From Opitutaceae bacterium (GTDB lineage: Bacteria; Verrucomicrobiota; Verrucomicrobiia; Opitutales; Opitutaceae), in assembly GCA_036502225.1 (NCBI GenBank), contig DASXYY010000029.1:14151-78150 (forward strand): DNA of 64,000 bases. The letters are read 5' to 3'. Shown piece after piece: positions 18,802 through 26,050 of this stretch (position 1 is the first letter of the stretch; every line of letters begins with the position of its first letter). The translations under genes were made by a program, and so were the position numbers. Below the pieces are notes generated by a model. The model saw only the letters and a list, made by a program, of their open reading frames with translations, did not search any database and was not told the DNA's origin.

Positions 18802-18839
18802 TAAGTGCGGACAACAAGCCAAGGCGCCGGGAGGCGGGG

Positions 18840-18911
18840 TGGGTTGGCTGGGATTCGAACCCAGAACCAACGACTTAAAAGGACGCTGCTCTACCATTGA
18901 GCTACCAACCC
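18840..18911 (-). tRNA. tRNA-Lys (anticodon UUU)
   Basis: Reverse complement folds as a cloverleaf: GGGTTGG-TA-GCTC-AATGGTA-GAGC-A-GCGTC-CTTTTAA-GTCGT-TGGTT-CTGGG-TTCGAAT-CCCAG-CCAACCC-A. One T-T mismatch in the anticodon stem. CCA is not encoded. Confidence 0.85.
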
Positions 18912-18985
18912 AAACCTACCAGCCTAAAGGAGGTTAAGTTTCCGGTGGCCTCTGGCGCTCGCAAGCAAAATGAGTAGCCTCCCGC

Positions 18986-20635
18986 ATGGCGAAGTCCAAC
19001 GGCCCGAAACCCGGCAAGGAGAACTGGGATGAGCTTTCGGCCCTTCAATTGTGCGATTTGATCGCGCTGCGGATGGAGCAAAGGGGGGCGCCGGCCCCGG
19101 AAATGGGACTGCTCCGAGCCCGGGTCGAGGAGATGGAGGAACTGCAGGATGAAGCTCGGGGAGCGGTCGAACAGCTGACGGAGGCGGTCGAAAAGCTGCG
19201 GGCCCCGGCTCTTCGGATCGGGACGCTTATTCATGCCATCGGCGAAGACCGGGCTCTGGTTTGCGTCGGCGGCACGGATTACGTCTGCAACGTGGACCCG
19301 GCTCTGGACGAGGATTCCCGGGAGGGCGGCACCCGGGTGCTCCTCAACGAGGCCTTTGCAGTGGCGGATGGCTTCGGTCTGGATCGCAGCGGACCCGTGA
19401 TGAAGGTATCCGAAATCCTGGCGGATGGCCGCCTGCGCGTGGGTTCGGAGTCGGGCATCGGCGATGCGATCGTGGTGCGCTCCGTTCGCATCTCCAAGGA
19501 GAAGCTCAAGGCCGGCCAGGAGGTCCGCCTGGACGCGAATCAGCGGGTGGCGGTGGAAATCATCGGCGCGGGCCGCCGGCTGGATCGCACGTTCACCGCC
19601 GTGGATCCGTTGCCGTGGTCGGCCATCGGAGGCCAGGACGAGGCCGTGCGGGCGATCCGCGATTCGATCGAACTTCCGCTTCTGCACGCCGACTTGTTCA
19701 AGCGATTCCGCCATGCCGTGCCGAAGGGCTTTCTGCTCTATGGGCCGCCGGGCTGCGGCAAGACTCTGCTGGGCCGGGCGGCGGCGCATAATCTGCGGGT
19801 TCAGCTGCGCGAAGCGACGGGCGTCGATCGGCCGGAATTTTTCCTGAGCGTGAAGGGGCCGGAAATCCTGAACATGTGGCTCGGCGAATCCGAGCGGCAG
19901 GTGCGGGACCTGTTCGCGCAATGCCGCGAAAAGGCGGCCGAGGGCAGCCTGGCGTTCCTGTTCATCGACGAGGCGGAATCCATTCTCGGCACGCGCCACG
20001 CGCCGCGCGGCGGAGCGAACATCCTTTCCACCCTTGTGCCGATGTTCTGCACTGAGATGGACGGGCTGCAGCCGCTGCAGAACGTCGTGGTGATTTTGGC
20101 GTCGAACCGCGCGGATCTGATCGATCCGGCGATCCTGAGGCCGGGACGCATTGACCGGAAGATTCGCGTTCGGCGGCCGGACGAGGCGGCGGCCCGCACG
20201 ATTTACGGCATTTATCTGACCGACGAATTGCCGCTGGCGGAGCCGCGGGCCGGCCTGATCGACGCGGCGGTCACCGCCCATTATGCGCGCACCGAGGAGA
20301 ATCGCTTTCTCGACGTCACCTACCGCAGCGGCCGGCGCGAGCATTTGCATCGGGGAGATCTGGCGAGCGGGGCGATCATCGCGGCGATCGTGGAGCGGGC
20401 CAAATCCTTCGCGATCGCGCGTTCGATCGAGGAAAAGCGCGAGTCGCCGATCACGCGGAAGGATCTGACCGAGGCGGTCGCCAAGGAATATGGCGAGAAC
20501 GATCTTTTCCCGCCGAATGACATCACAGAGGACTGGCTCAAGCTGACGGATTTTGAGCCGGAGAATGTGGTGCGGCTGTCGCCGTATCGGGCGAAGGCGG
20601 ATGGCAATGCGAATGATCGACGTTCGGCGGTTTGA
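18986..20635 (+). CDS. mpa: proteasome-associated AAA+ ATPase (Mpa/ARC-like)
   Basis: N-terminal coiled coil, OB-like region, Walker A GPPGCGKT, Walker B LFIDEAES. Lies next to Dop/PafA and 20S subunit genes. The C-terminus is ...NDRRSAV, with no GQYL/HbYX motif. Confidence 0.85.
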   Translation: MAKSNGPKPGKENWDELSALQLCDLIALRMEQRGAPAPEMGLLRARVEEMEELQDEARGAVEQLTEAVEKLRAPALRIGTLIHAIGEDRALVCVGGTDYVCNVDPALDEDSREGGTRVLLNEAFAVADGFGLDRSGPVMKVSEILADGRLRVGSESGIGDAIVVRSVRISKEKLKAGQEVRLDANQRVAVEIIGAGRRLDRTFTAVDPLPWSAIGGQDEAVRAIRDSIELPLLHADLFKRFRHAVPKGFLLYGPPGCGKTLLGRAAAHNLRVQLREATGVDRPEFFLSVKGPEILNMWLGESERQVRDLFAQCREKAAEGSLAFLFIDEAESILGTRHAPRGGANILSTLVPMFCTEMDGLQPLQNVVVILASNRADLIDPAILRPGRIDRKIRVRRPDEAAARTIYGIYLTDELPLAEPRAGLIDAAVTAHYARTEENRFLDVTYRSGRREHLHRGDLASGAIIAAIVERAKSFAIARSIEEKRESPITRKDLTEAVAKEYGENDLFPPNDITEDWLKLTDFEPENVVRLSPYRAKADGNANDRRSAV

Positions 20636-20642
20636 GCGGAAA

Positions 20643-20721
20643 GGTGGAGCGCATGGTCCCCATGCGCTTCTCCGCCAAATGCGGGCCGACGTTTAAGCGC
20701 GTGGGGACCACGCGCTCCACC
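20643..20721. repeat. type A REP doublet (long-spacer form)
   Basis: GGTGGAGCGCATGGTCCCCATGCGC-TTCTCCGCCAAATGCGGGCCGACGTTTAA-GCGCGTGGGGACCACGCGCTCCACC. Occupies 79 of the 99 nt between mpa and dop. Confidence 0.9.
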
Positions 20722-20734
20722 CGCTCGATCTGAC

Positions 20735-22279
20735 ATGCAAATCCAATTTGGCCTGGAAACCGAGATCGGCATCTCGCGGGAGCGCCCGGAGGGCATCGAC
20801 GTCGTGGCCGAATCCATCGCGATGGTGCGCAGCGCCACCGTGCCCGGCGTGCGCGCCAAATGGAACTATGCGCAGGAGGATCCGCACCAGGATGCCCGGG
20901 GGTTTCGGGTGAAGGAGCTCCGGCAGGACACCGACGAAGCGAACTACTTTGCGCAGGACGCCAGCCGTCCGCTCAGCTTTGCGGAAATCAAGAGCGACCT
21001 CGTGCTGAAAAACGGGGCGCGCTTCTACAACGACCACGCCCACCCCGAATATTGCACGCCGGAATGTTCGACGCTGGCCGAACTGCTGGCCCAGGATCAG
21101 GCGGGCGACCGCCTCCTGATGGATTGCGCCGCCGCCGTCAGTGCGAACTCGGACAACCCGGTCCGGCTCTACAAGAACAACACCGATTTCCGCGGCCACA
21201 GCTACGGCTGCCATGAGAATTACCTGCTGCCGCGATCGCTCGAATGGGAAACGCTGGCGGCGGGCGTGCAGGCCTTCCTCGTGACGCGGCAGGTCTTCGG
21301 CGGGGCGGGCAAATACGGCTGGGAGGACGAGGATCGCTTCCTGCAGCCCGGATTCCAGATCGCGCAACGCAGCGATTTCTTCACGGAGCTGCAGAGCGTG
21401 GACACCATGCAGCGTCGTCCCTTGGTGAATACGCGGGACGAGCCGCACGCCGACCCGGCGCGCTTTCGCCGTTTCCATGTGATCATCGGCGACGCGAATC
21501 TTTCCCCGTATGCGACGTACCTGAAAGTGGGGTCGACGGCCCTGGTGCTGGAAGCCCTGGCGGCCGGCGCCCCGCTCGAACGGTTTCCCCGCCTCGCCGA
21601 TCCCGTCGGTGCGCTGCGCAGCATCTCGCGCGATCGCGGCTGGAAATGGGAAGTGACGCTCGCCGGCGGGCGGCGGGCGACGGCGCTGAGCGTCCAACAT
21701 CAATACCTGGAGATCGTTCGCGACTACGTGCCGGGCGCGGGCAACCTGGATTCGGCCCTTCCCTGGCCCGCGCTCTTCGCGCGCTGGAATGGAATTCTTC
21801 ACGACCTGGAGCGCGATCCGCTCTCGACCGCGGACCGGCTCGACTGGTCGGCCAAGCACCAGCTCATCGAGGGTTTTCGGGCAACGGAAGGCCTCGGTGA
21901 GGATGATCCCTGGCTGCGGAGCCTGGATCTTTCGTATCACGAGCTGAACGAAGCAGAGGGGCTGTACTTTGGCCTGCGCGATGCCGGAAGCTTCGTGCAT
22001 CCCTGTCCGGAGATTTTGGATGGGCCGGAAGGGCTGCGAGCCCCCGCCACCACGCGGGCGGCGCTCCGCGGCGGATGCATCGAGAAGTTTGGCCCAATGG
22101 TCCTGGCGGCACAGTGGGACGGAGTGGTGATGAGGACCCAGGCCAAAGGCCACCGCCGCGTGGAGTTGGATCTGCGGGGCGTATTCGCCCCCGAACAGGT
22201 GAGCGCCGGTCTCGCCGCCCTGGGGATTGCCCAGGCGCCGGAAGATCTGCTGACTTTGCCGTTTGCCCGACTCGTCTGA
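20735..22279 (+). CDS. dop: Pup/UBact deamidase-depupylase homologue (Dop-like, Pup-ligase superfamily)
   Basis: N-terminus FGLETEIG; NDHAHPEYCTPEC and YGCHENYLL are carboxylate-amine ligase motifs shared by Dop and PafA. It is 514 aa versus 443 aa for the second copy, consistent with a Dop-loop insertion, and sits after mpa as in actinobacterial loci. Confidence 0.75.
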   Translation: MQIQFGLETEIGISRERPEGIDVVAESIAMVRSATVPGVRAKWNYAQEDPHQDARGFRVKELRQDTDEANYFAQDASRPLSFAEIKSDLVLKNGARFYNDHAHPEYCTPECSTLAELLAQDQAGDRLLMDCAAAVSANSDNPVRLYKNNTDFRGHSYGCHENYLLPRSLEWETLAAGVQAFLVTRQVFGGAGKYGWEDEDRFLQPGFQIAQRSDFFTELQSVDTMQRRPLVNTRDEPHADPARFRRFHVIIGDANLSPYATYLKVGSTALVLEALAAGAPLERFPRLADPVGALRSISRDRGWKWEVTLAGGRRATALSVQHQYLEIVRDYVPGAGNLDSALPWPALFARWNGILHDLERDPLSTADRLDWSAKHQLIEGFRATEGLGEDDPWLRSLDLSYHELNEAEGLYFGLRDAGSFVHPCPEILDGPEGLRAPATTRAALRGGCIEKFGPMVLAAQWDGVVMRTQAKGHRRVELDLRGVFAPEQVSAGLAALGIAQAPEDLLTLPFARLV

Positions 22280-24224
22280 ACTGACTTCGTCTCGGATTTC
22301 CCGCTGGCTGGCGCCGCTGTCGATCGTGGCGGCGGGAGCGATCGCCTATGGCGACAGTCTGCGGGACGCCTTCGTCTACGACGATCGCCTCAGCCTGGTG
22401 GACAACCCGGCGATTCGGCATTTGGGGTCCATTGGGCAGGTTCTCAGTCCGGCCCACGAGGCGGCGACCTTGCAGGGGCGGCCGTTCCTGAGTCTGACGT
22501 TTGCGATCAACTACGCGTTGGGCGGGCTTGATCCGCTGGGATACCATCTGGTCAACCTGGCGATTCATGTGCTGGCGGGCGTGTGCCTGTATTCGCTGGG
22601 GCGGCGCTTTACCGGGATGGGCGCGGCGTGGGCGGTCGCCCTGCTTTGGACGGTGCATCCGCTGCAAACGGAGTCGGTCACGTATATCGTTCAGCGGGCC
22701 GAGTCATTGATGGGCCTCTGTTATTTGGCGACGATCCTGTGCTATTGCCGGTTCGCGGAAACCGGACGGCGTCGCTGGGCGGCGGGCGCAGTGGCCTGTT
22801 GTCTGGCCGGCGTCGGCACCAAGGAGGTGATGGTTTCGGCGCCGGTGATGCTGTGGCTGTTTGATCGAGCGTTCCTGGCGGGAAGCTTTCGGGCGGCGTG
22901 GAAGGCGAGGAAAGGACTGCTGATTGCGCTGGCCGCGACCTGGCTGCCGCTGATCGCGCTGGTGGCCGCGACGGGCGGCAACCGCAGCGGCGCGGTGGGA
23001 TTTGGGCTCAACATCCGGCCGATCGATTATTGGCTCACCCAGGGCGAGGCGGTGCTCCATTACCTGCGACTGGCGGTCTGGCCGTCGCCTCTGGTGCTGG
23101 ACTATGGGAGGTTTGTTTACGCGAATCCGGCGACAGGGATAGTGCGGGTGGCGGCGGTGGCGGGGTTGATTGCGGCGACGATTTGGGCGTGGCGGAAGAA
23201 TGCGAAGGTCGGATTTCTGGGGTGGTTCTTTTTCGCGATTCTCGCGCCGACGAGCCTCTTGCCGGGGACCACGCAGATGATGGCGGAACACCGGATGTAT
23301 TTGGCGTTGGCGCCGGTGCTGGTGCTGCTCGTCGTAGGTGCGGCGTTCTGCCTGGCAAGGTGGAGCGCGTGGTCCCCACGCGCTTGCGGCGTCGAAAACA
23401 GAATAGCCGGGGTCAGCGCCCCCGGCTACAGATGGATAGACCCCCGGCTACAGCCAGGCGCCGTTCTATGCGTTGCGGGTGTATTCATGTGGCTCACCTG
23501 GCGGCGCAACGTCGACTACCGCTCGGACACTGCGATTTGGGCCGATACCGCCGCAAAGCGCCCCGGAAGCGCGATCGCGCATTACAACTTTGGCTACGCG
23601 CTGGGCCCATCGTCCAAGGCCGAGGAAGAGCTCCGCACGTCGATTCGGCTAAATCCCCGTTATATCCAGGCCTATGACGTGCTGGGCTATGATTTGTCGC
23701 TGGAGCCCTCCGCTCGGGCTGAGGCGATCGCGGTTTACCGCCAGGCGCTCGCCATCGATCCGAACGACCTTTCCGCCGAAAACAACCTGGGACAGTTGTA
23801 TTTGAAGTTACCAGCTAATTTCGATGTGGGCGTGGAGTTGCTGACCCGGGCCGCCGAGCAAACGCACGATCCGCAGAACCATTTCGCGCTGGGTGTCATT
23901 CTTTCGAGGCATCCCGGGCACGAGCGTGCGGCGCTGGGGCAATTTGAGGAAGCGGTGCGGCTCGATCCCCGCAACGCCCGGGCGCATTCGAATCTGGCGG
24001 CGAGCCTGGCGGCGGTGGGGGCACCGGATTCCGCCGTCGTTGCGGAATTGCGCGAAGCGGTCCGCCTCGACCCGAAGTTCGTGGAGGCGCGGTTCAATTT
24101 GGCGGTGATGCTGGCGCGGGATCCGGCGCGAAACGCGGAGGCGATCGCGGAGGCGACGGCGGTGCTGGCGATCAAACCGGATTTTGAGCCGGCGCGGGAG
24201 TTGCTGAGTCAGTTGGGACGTTAG
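22263..24224 (+). CDS. polytopic membrane protein with C-terminal TPR repeats (TMTC/PMT_2-like)
   Basis: N-terminus AYGDSLRDAFVYDDRLSLVDNPAIRHLGS followed by about 9 TM segments. C-terminal TPR units (AIAHYNFGYAL..., ARAHSNLAASLA...). TTG start at 22263 overlaps the dop end by 17 nt. Carries an in-frame repeat at 23359-23451. Confidence 0.7.
   Translation: MPDSSELTSSRISRWLAPLSIVAAGAIAYGDSLRDAFVYDDRLSLVDNPAIRHLGSIGQVLSPAHEAATLQGRPFLSLTFAINYALGGLDPLGYHLVNLAIHVLAGVCLYSLGRRFTGMGAAWAVALLWTVHPLQTESVTYIVQRAESLMGLCYLATILCYCRFAETGRRRWAAGAVACCLAGVGTKEVMVSAPVMLWLFDRAFLAGSFRAAWKARKGLLIALAATWLPLIALVAATGGNRSGAVGFGLNIRPIDYWLTQGEAVLHYLRLAVWPSPLVLDYGRFVYANPATGIVRVAAVAGLIAATIWAWRKNAKVGFLGWFFFAILAPTSLLPGTTQMMAEHRMYLALAPVLVLLVVGAAFCLARWSAWSPRACGVENRIAGVSAPGYRWIDPRLQPGAVLCVAGVFMWLTWRRNVDYRSDTAIWADTAAKRPGSAIAHYNFGYALGPSSKAEEELRTSIRLNPRYIQAYDVLGYDLSLEPSARAEAIAVYRQALAIDPNDLSAENNLGQLYLKLPANFDVGVELLTRAAEQTHDPQNHFALGVILSRHPGHERAALGQFEEAVRLDPRNARAHSNLAASLAAVGAPDSAVVAELREAVRLDPKFVEARFNLAVMLARDPARNAEAIAEATAVLAIKPDFEPARELLSQLGR
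23359..23451. repeat. mixed REP element (type A unit + type B unit + extra B tail) inside a CDS
   Basis: GGTGGAGCGCGTGGTCCCCACGCGCTTGCGGCGTCGAAAACAGAATAGCCGGGGTCAGCGCCCCCGGCTAC-AGATGGATAGACCCCCGGCTAC. 93 bp = 31 codons, read as WSAWSPRACGVENRIAGVSAPGYRWIDPRL. Confidence 0.85.
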
Positions 24225-24236
24225 GCATTTTTAAAA

Positions 24237-24315
24237 GGTGGAGCGCGTGGTCCCCACGCGCTTTGACCTCGATCCGCGTTTGGCGCCGAAGCGCATGGGG
24301 ACCATGCGCTCCACC
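24237..24315. repeat. type A REP doublet (long-spacer form)
   Basis: GGTGGAGCGCGTGGTCCCCACGCGC-TTTGACCTCGATCCGCGTTTGGCGCCGAA-GCGCATGGGGACCATGCGCTCCACC. Lies between the TPR-membrane gene and the UBact-like gene. Confidence 0.9.
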
Positions 24316-24396
24316 CAATTCGGCCTTGGCAACATTTTCTGTTCTCGCTCCATTTGCAAAATCGCCGGGGCGCGGCGACACTCGCCACTATCCGCC

Positions 24397-24570
24397 ATGC
24401 CTGACCCTATTCAAAAGCCGCGGCCGGCGGCGCCCGCCCCTGGAGGAGGCGGAGGCGACGGGCCCAAGGAACCCCAGGTCGAAAAGCCGAACACCGAGGA
24501 CTTGCTCAAACGGATGCGCAAGGTCGATCCGGACCAGGCTCGCCGCTATCGGCAGCGCACGGGCGAATGA
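24397..24570 (+). CDS. Pup-like ubiquitin-like modifier, UBact type (57 aa)
   Basis: ATG at 24397 gives MPDPIQKPRPAAPAPGGGGGDGPKEPQVEKPNTEDLLKRMRKVDPDQARRYRQRTGE. It has a disordered Pro/Gly-rich N-terminus, a basic helical C-terminus and a terminal Gly-Glu. Its stop overlaps the prcB start (ATGA). Confidence 0.7.
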   Translation: MPDPIQKPRPAAPAPGGGGGDGPKEPQVEKPNTEDLLKRMRKVDPDQARRYRQRTGE

Positions 24571-25319
24571 ACGGCGATTTCCTGCGGCTGTTGCCCAAGA
24601 ATGCATTCGCGGCCGGGGCGGCCGCTGGGACTGGCGCGGTGCCGCTGGATGCGACGACGGTCTTCGCCTTCCATTGCGCGGACGGCGTGATTGTCGCGGG
24701 CGACCACCGCGCCACGGCGGGAAACGTCGTTTTTTCCGACCGAACCGAAAAGATCATCGAACTCGATCGGCATTCGCTGCTCGCGATCGCCGGCAGTCCG
24801 GCCGTGGCGATCGAGATGGCGCGCACACTGCAGACCACCTTCGAATTCTACCGCCGCAGCCAATTTCAACCGATGAGCCTGCCGGCCAAGATGCGCGCTC
24901 TCTCCCGCCTGTTGCAGGAGAACGTCCCGGCGGCCTTGCAGGGCTTCGGCTTGGTGTCTCCGATCTTTGCCGGCCACGACCTCGCGGCCGGCCGGTCCGC
25001 GATCTACTTTTACGACCCGTTGGGAGCGCAATTCGAAGCGGCGGCGTATGCGGGCTCCGGTTCCGGCTCCGGCAGCATCAAGAGCGTGCTTCACTACCTC
25101 GAGCAGTGGGGAGCGCCGAAGCCGGCCCAGATGACGCTTGCGCAGGCGGTGAATCTGGCGAATCGCCTGCTCATGACCGCGGCCGAATTCGACACGGCCA
25201 CGGGAGGCGTCGATCCGGCCGGAGGCGATTTCGCCACGGTCAAGCTGCTCGACGCCCACGGCGTCCGATCCTTCGGGGCCGATGAGCAGCAAAAATTCTG
25301 GATGGAGGCGAGCCGATGA
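24567..25319 (+). CDS. prcB: 20S proteasome beta subunit
   Basis: Propeptide followed by catalytic Thr in DATTVFAFHCADGVIVAGDHRATAG. Ntn-hydrolase pattern. ATGA coupling on both sides. Confidence 0.85.
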   Translation: MNGDFLRLLPKNAFAAGAAAGTGAVPLDATTVFAFHCADGVIVAGDHRATAGNVVFSDRTEKIIELDRHSLLAIAGSPAVAIEMARTLQTTFEFYRRSQFQPMSLPAKMRALSRLLQENVPAALQGFGLVSPIFAGHDLAAGRSAIYFYDPLGAQFEAAAYAGSGSGSGSIKSVLHYLEQWGAPKPAQMTLAQAVNLANRLLMTAAEFDTATGGVDPAGGDFATVKLLDAHGVRSFGADEQQKFWMEASR

Positions 25320-26050
25320 CGGACGAACCCTACCGCTGGCTCGAGGCCATTGCGAACCGCCGCGAGTACATTCGCGACCAGCTCAAGGGGGCTTCGCCCG
25401 TGTTCGCCTTTTCCCGTCGCGAGGGCGTCGTGGTCGTGGGAGTGGGCACCGGCCAGTCCAAAGTCTTTGAAATCTACGACCGCCACGCCTTGGGGGCGCT
25501 GGGGCACCCGGTGGACATCGAAAAGATCCGGCAATCGCTGATCGAGGCGGCTCACCTGGAGGGATTCACTCGCGCGCCCGAGGATGTGACCGTGCGCCGG
25601 ATGCTGAATTTTGCGTTGGGGCCTGCGCTCAAGAACGCTTTCGAGCAGGTCCTCGCGGCCCCGCTGATTGTGGAAGGATTGTTGGTCGAAGCGGGGCCGG
25701 AACCATCCTCGGATGTGCTGGCCGCTTTTCGCCACGACGGCACCCACGCGTTTGCCACCGGCGTGGCGGTTTCCTTTCCGAACGCGGATCGGGCGGCGGC
25801 GGCGGCCGCCTGGCTCAAATCGCAGCTTTCGGAGACCACCGCGCTGCGCGAGGTGGTGCGGGCGGCGGTGACGGCGAGCCGGACCTTGGCCGCCGACGGA
25901 GCCGGCCGGGCCGACGCGCCCTTTCCGGAGCGCCCGGACGCCGCGATCGAGCGGCCCGACGGGCGCGTAGTGGAGGCCGCGGTGCTTGAACGCGCGGGCG
26001 TGGGACGGGCCCGCTATCGCGCGCTCGACGGCGGCGACTATGCGGGCTAA
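25316..26050 (+). CDS. prcA: 20S proteasome alpha subunit
   Basis: 244 aa directly after prcB with no catalytic N-terminal Thr. Core VFAFSRREGVVVVGV...IYDRHALGALGHPVDIEKIR resembles a proteasome alpha fold. Confidence 0.8.
   Translation: MTDEPYRWLEAIANRREYIRDQLKGASPVFAFSRREGVVVVGVGTGQSKVFEIYDRHALGALGHPVDIEKIRQSLIEAAHLEGFTRAPEDVTVRRMLNFALGPALKNAFEQVLAAPLIVEGLLVEAGPEPSSDVLAAFRHDGTHAFATGVAVSFPNADRAAAAAAWLKSQLSETTALREVVRAAVTASRTLAADGAGRADAPFPERPDAAIERPDGRVVEAAVLERAGVGRARYRALDGGDYAG

Noticed and set aside
18802-18897. Extension of the response-regulator ORF
   Set aside because: The extra codons are the translated tRNA-Lys gene. The receiver domain starts at [10 protein letters not shown] (ATG 18801).
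18840-18985. Genomic island or integrase at the tRNA-Lys gene
   Set aside because: There is no integrase, no direct repeat of the tRNA 3' end and no compositional shift. The flanking genes are ordinary chromosomal genes.
20693-22153. 486-aa ORF on the minus strand
   Set aside because: It is antisense to the Dop-like gene, has no recognisable motifs, and begins in a REP doublet.
24238-24396. Longer 110-aa version of the modifier ORF
   Set aside because: Its first 26 codons are the translated REP doublet (MERVVPTRFDLDPRLAPKRMGTMRST), the same sequence that occurs non-codingly elsewhere.
24316-24396. Sigma-70-like promoter for the modifier gene (TTGCAA-17 nt-GACACT)
   Set aside because: The match is weak, and promoter consensus for this lineage is not known to me. 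It is mentioned only as a place to look for a TSS.
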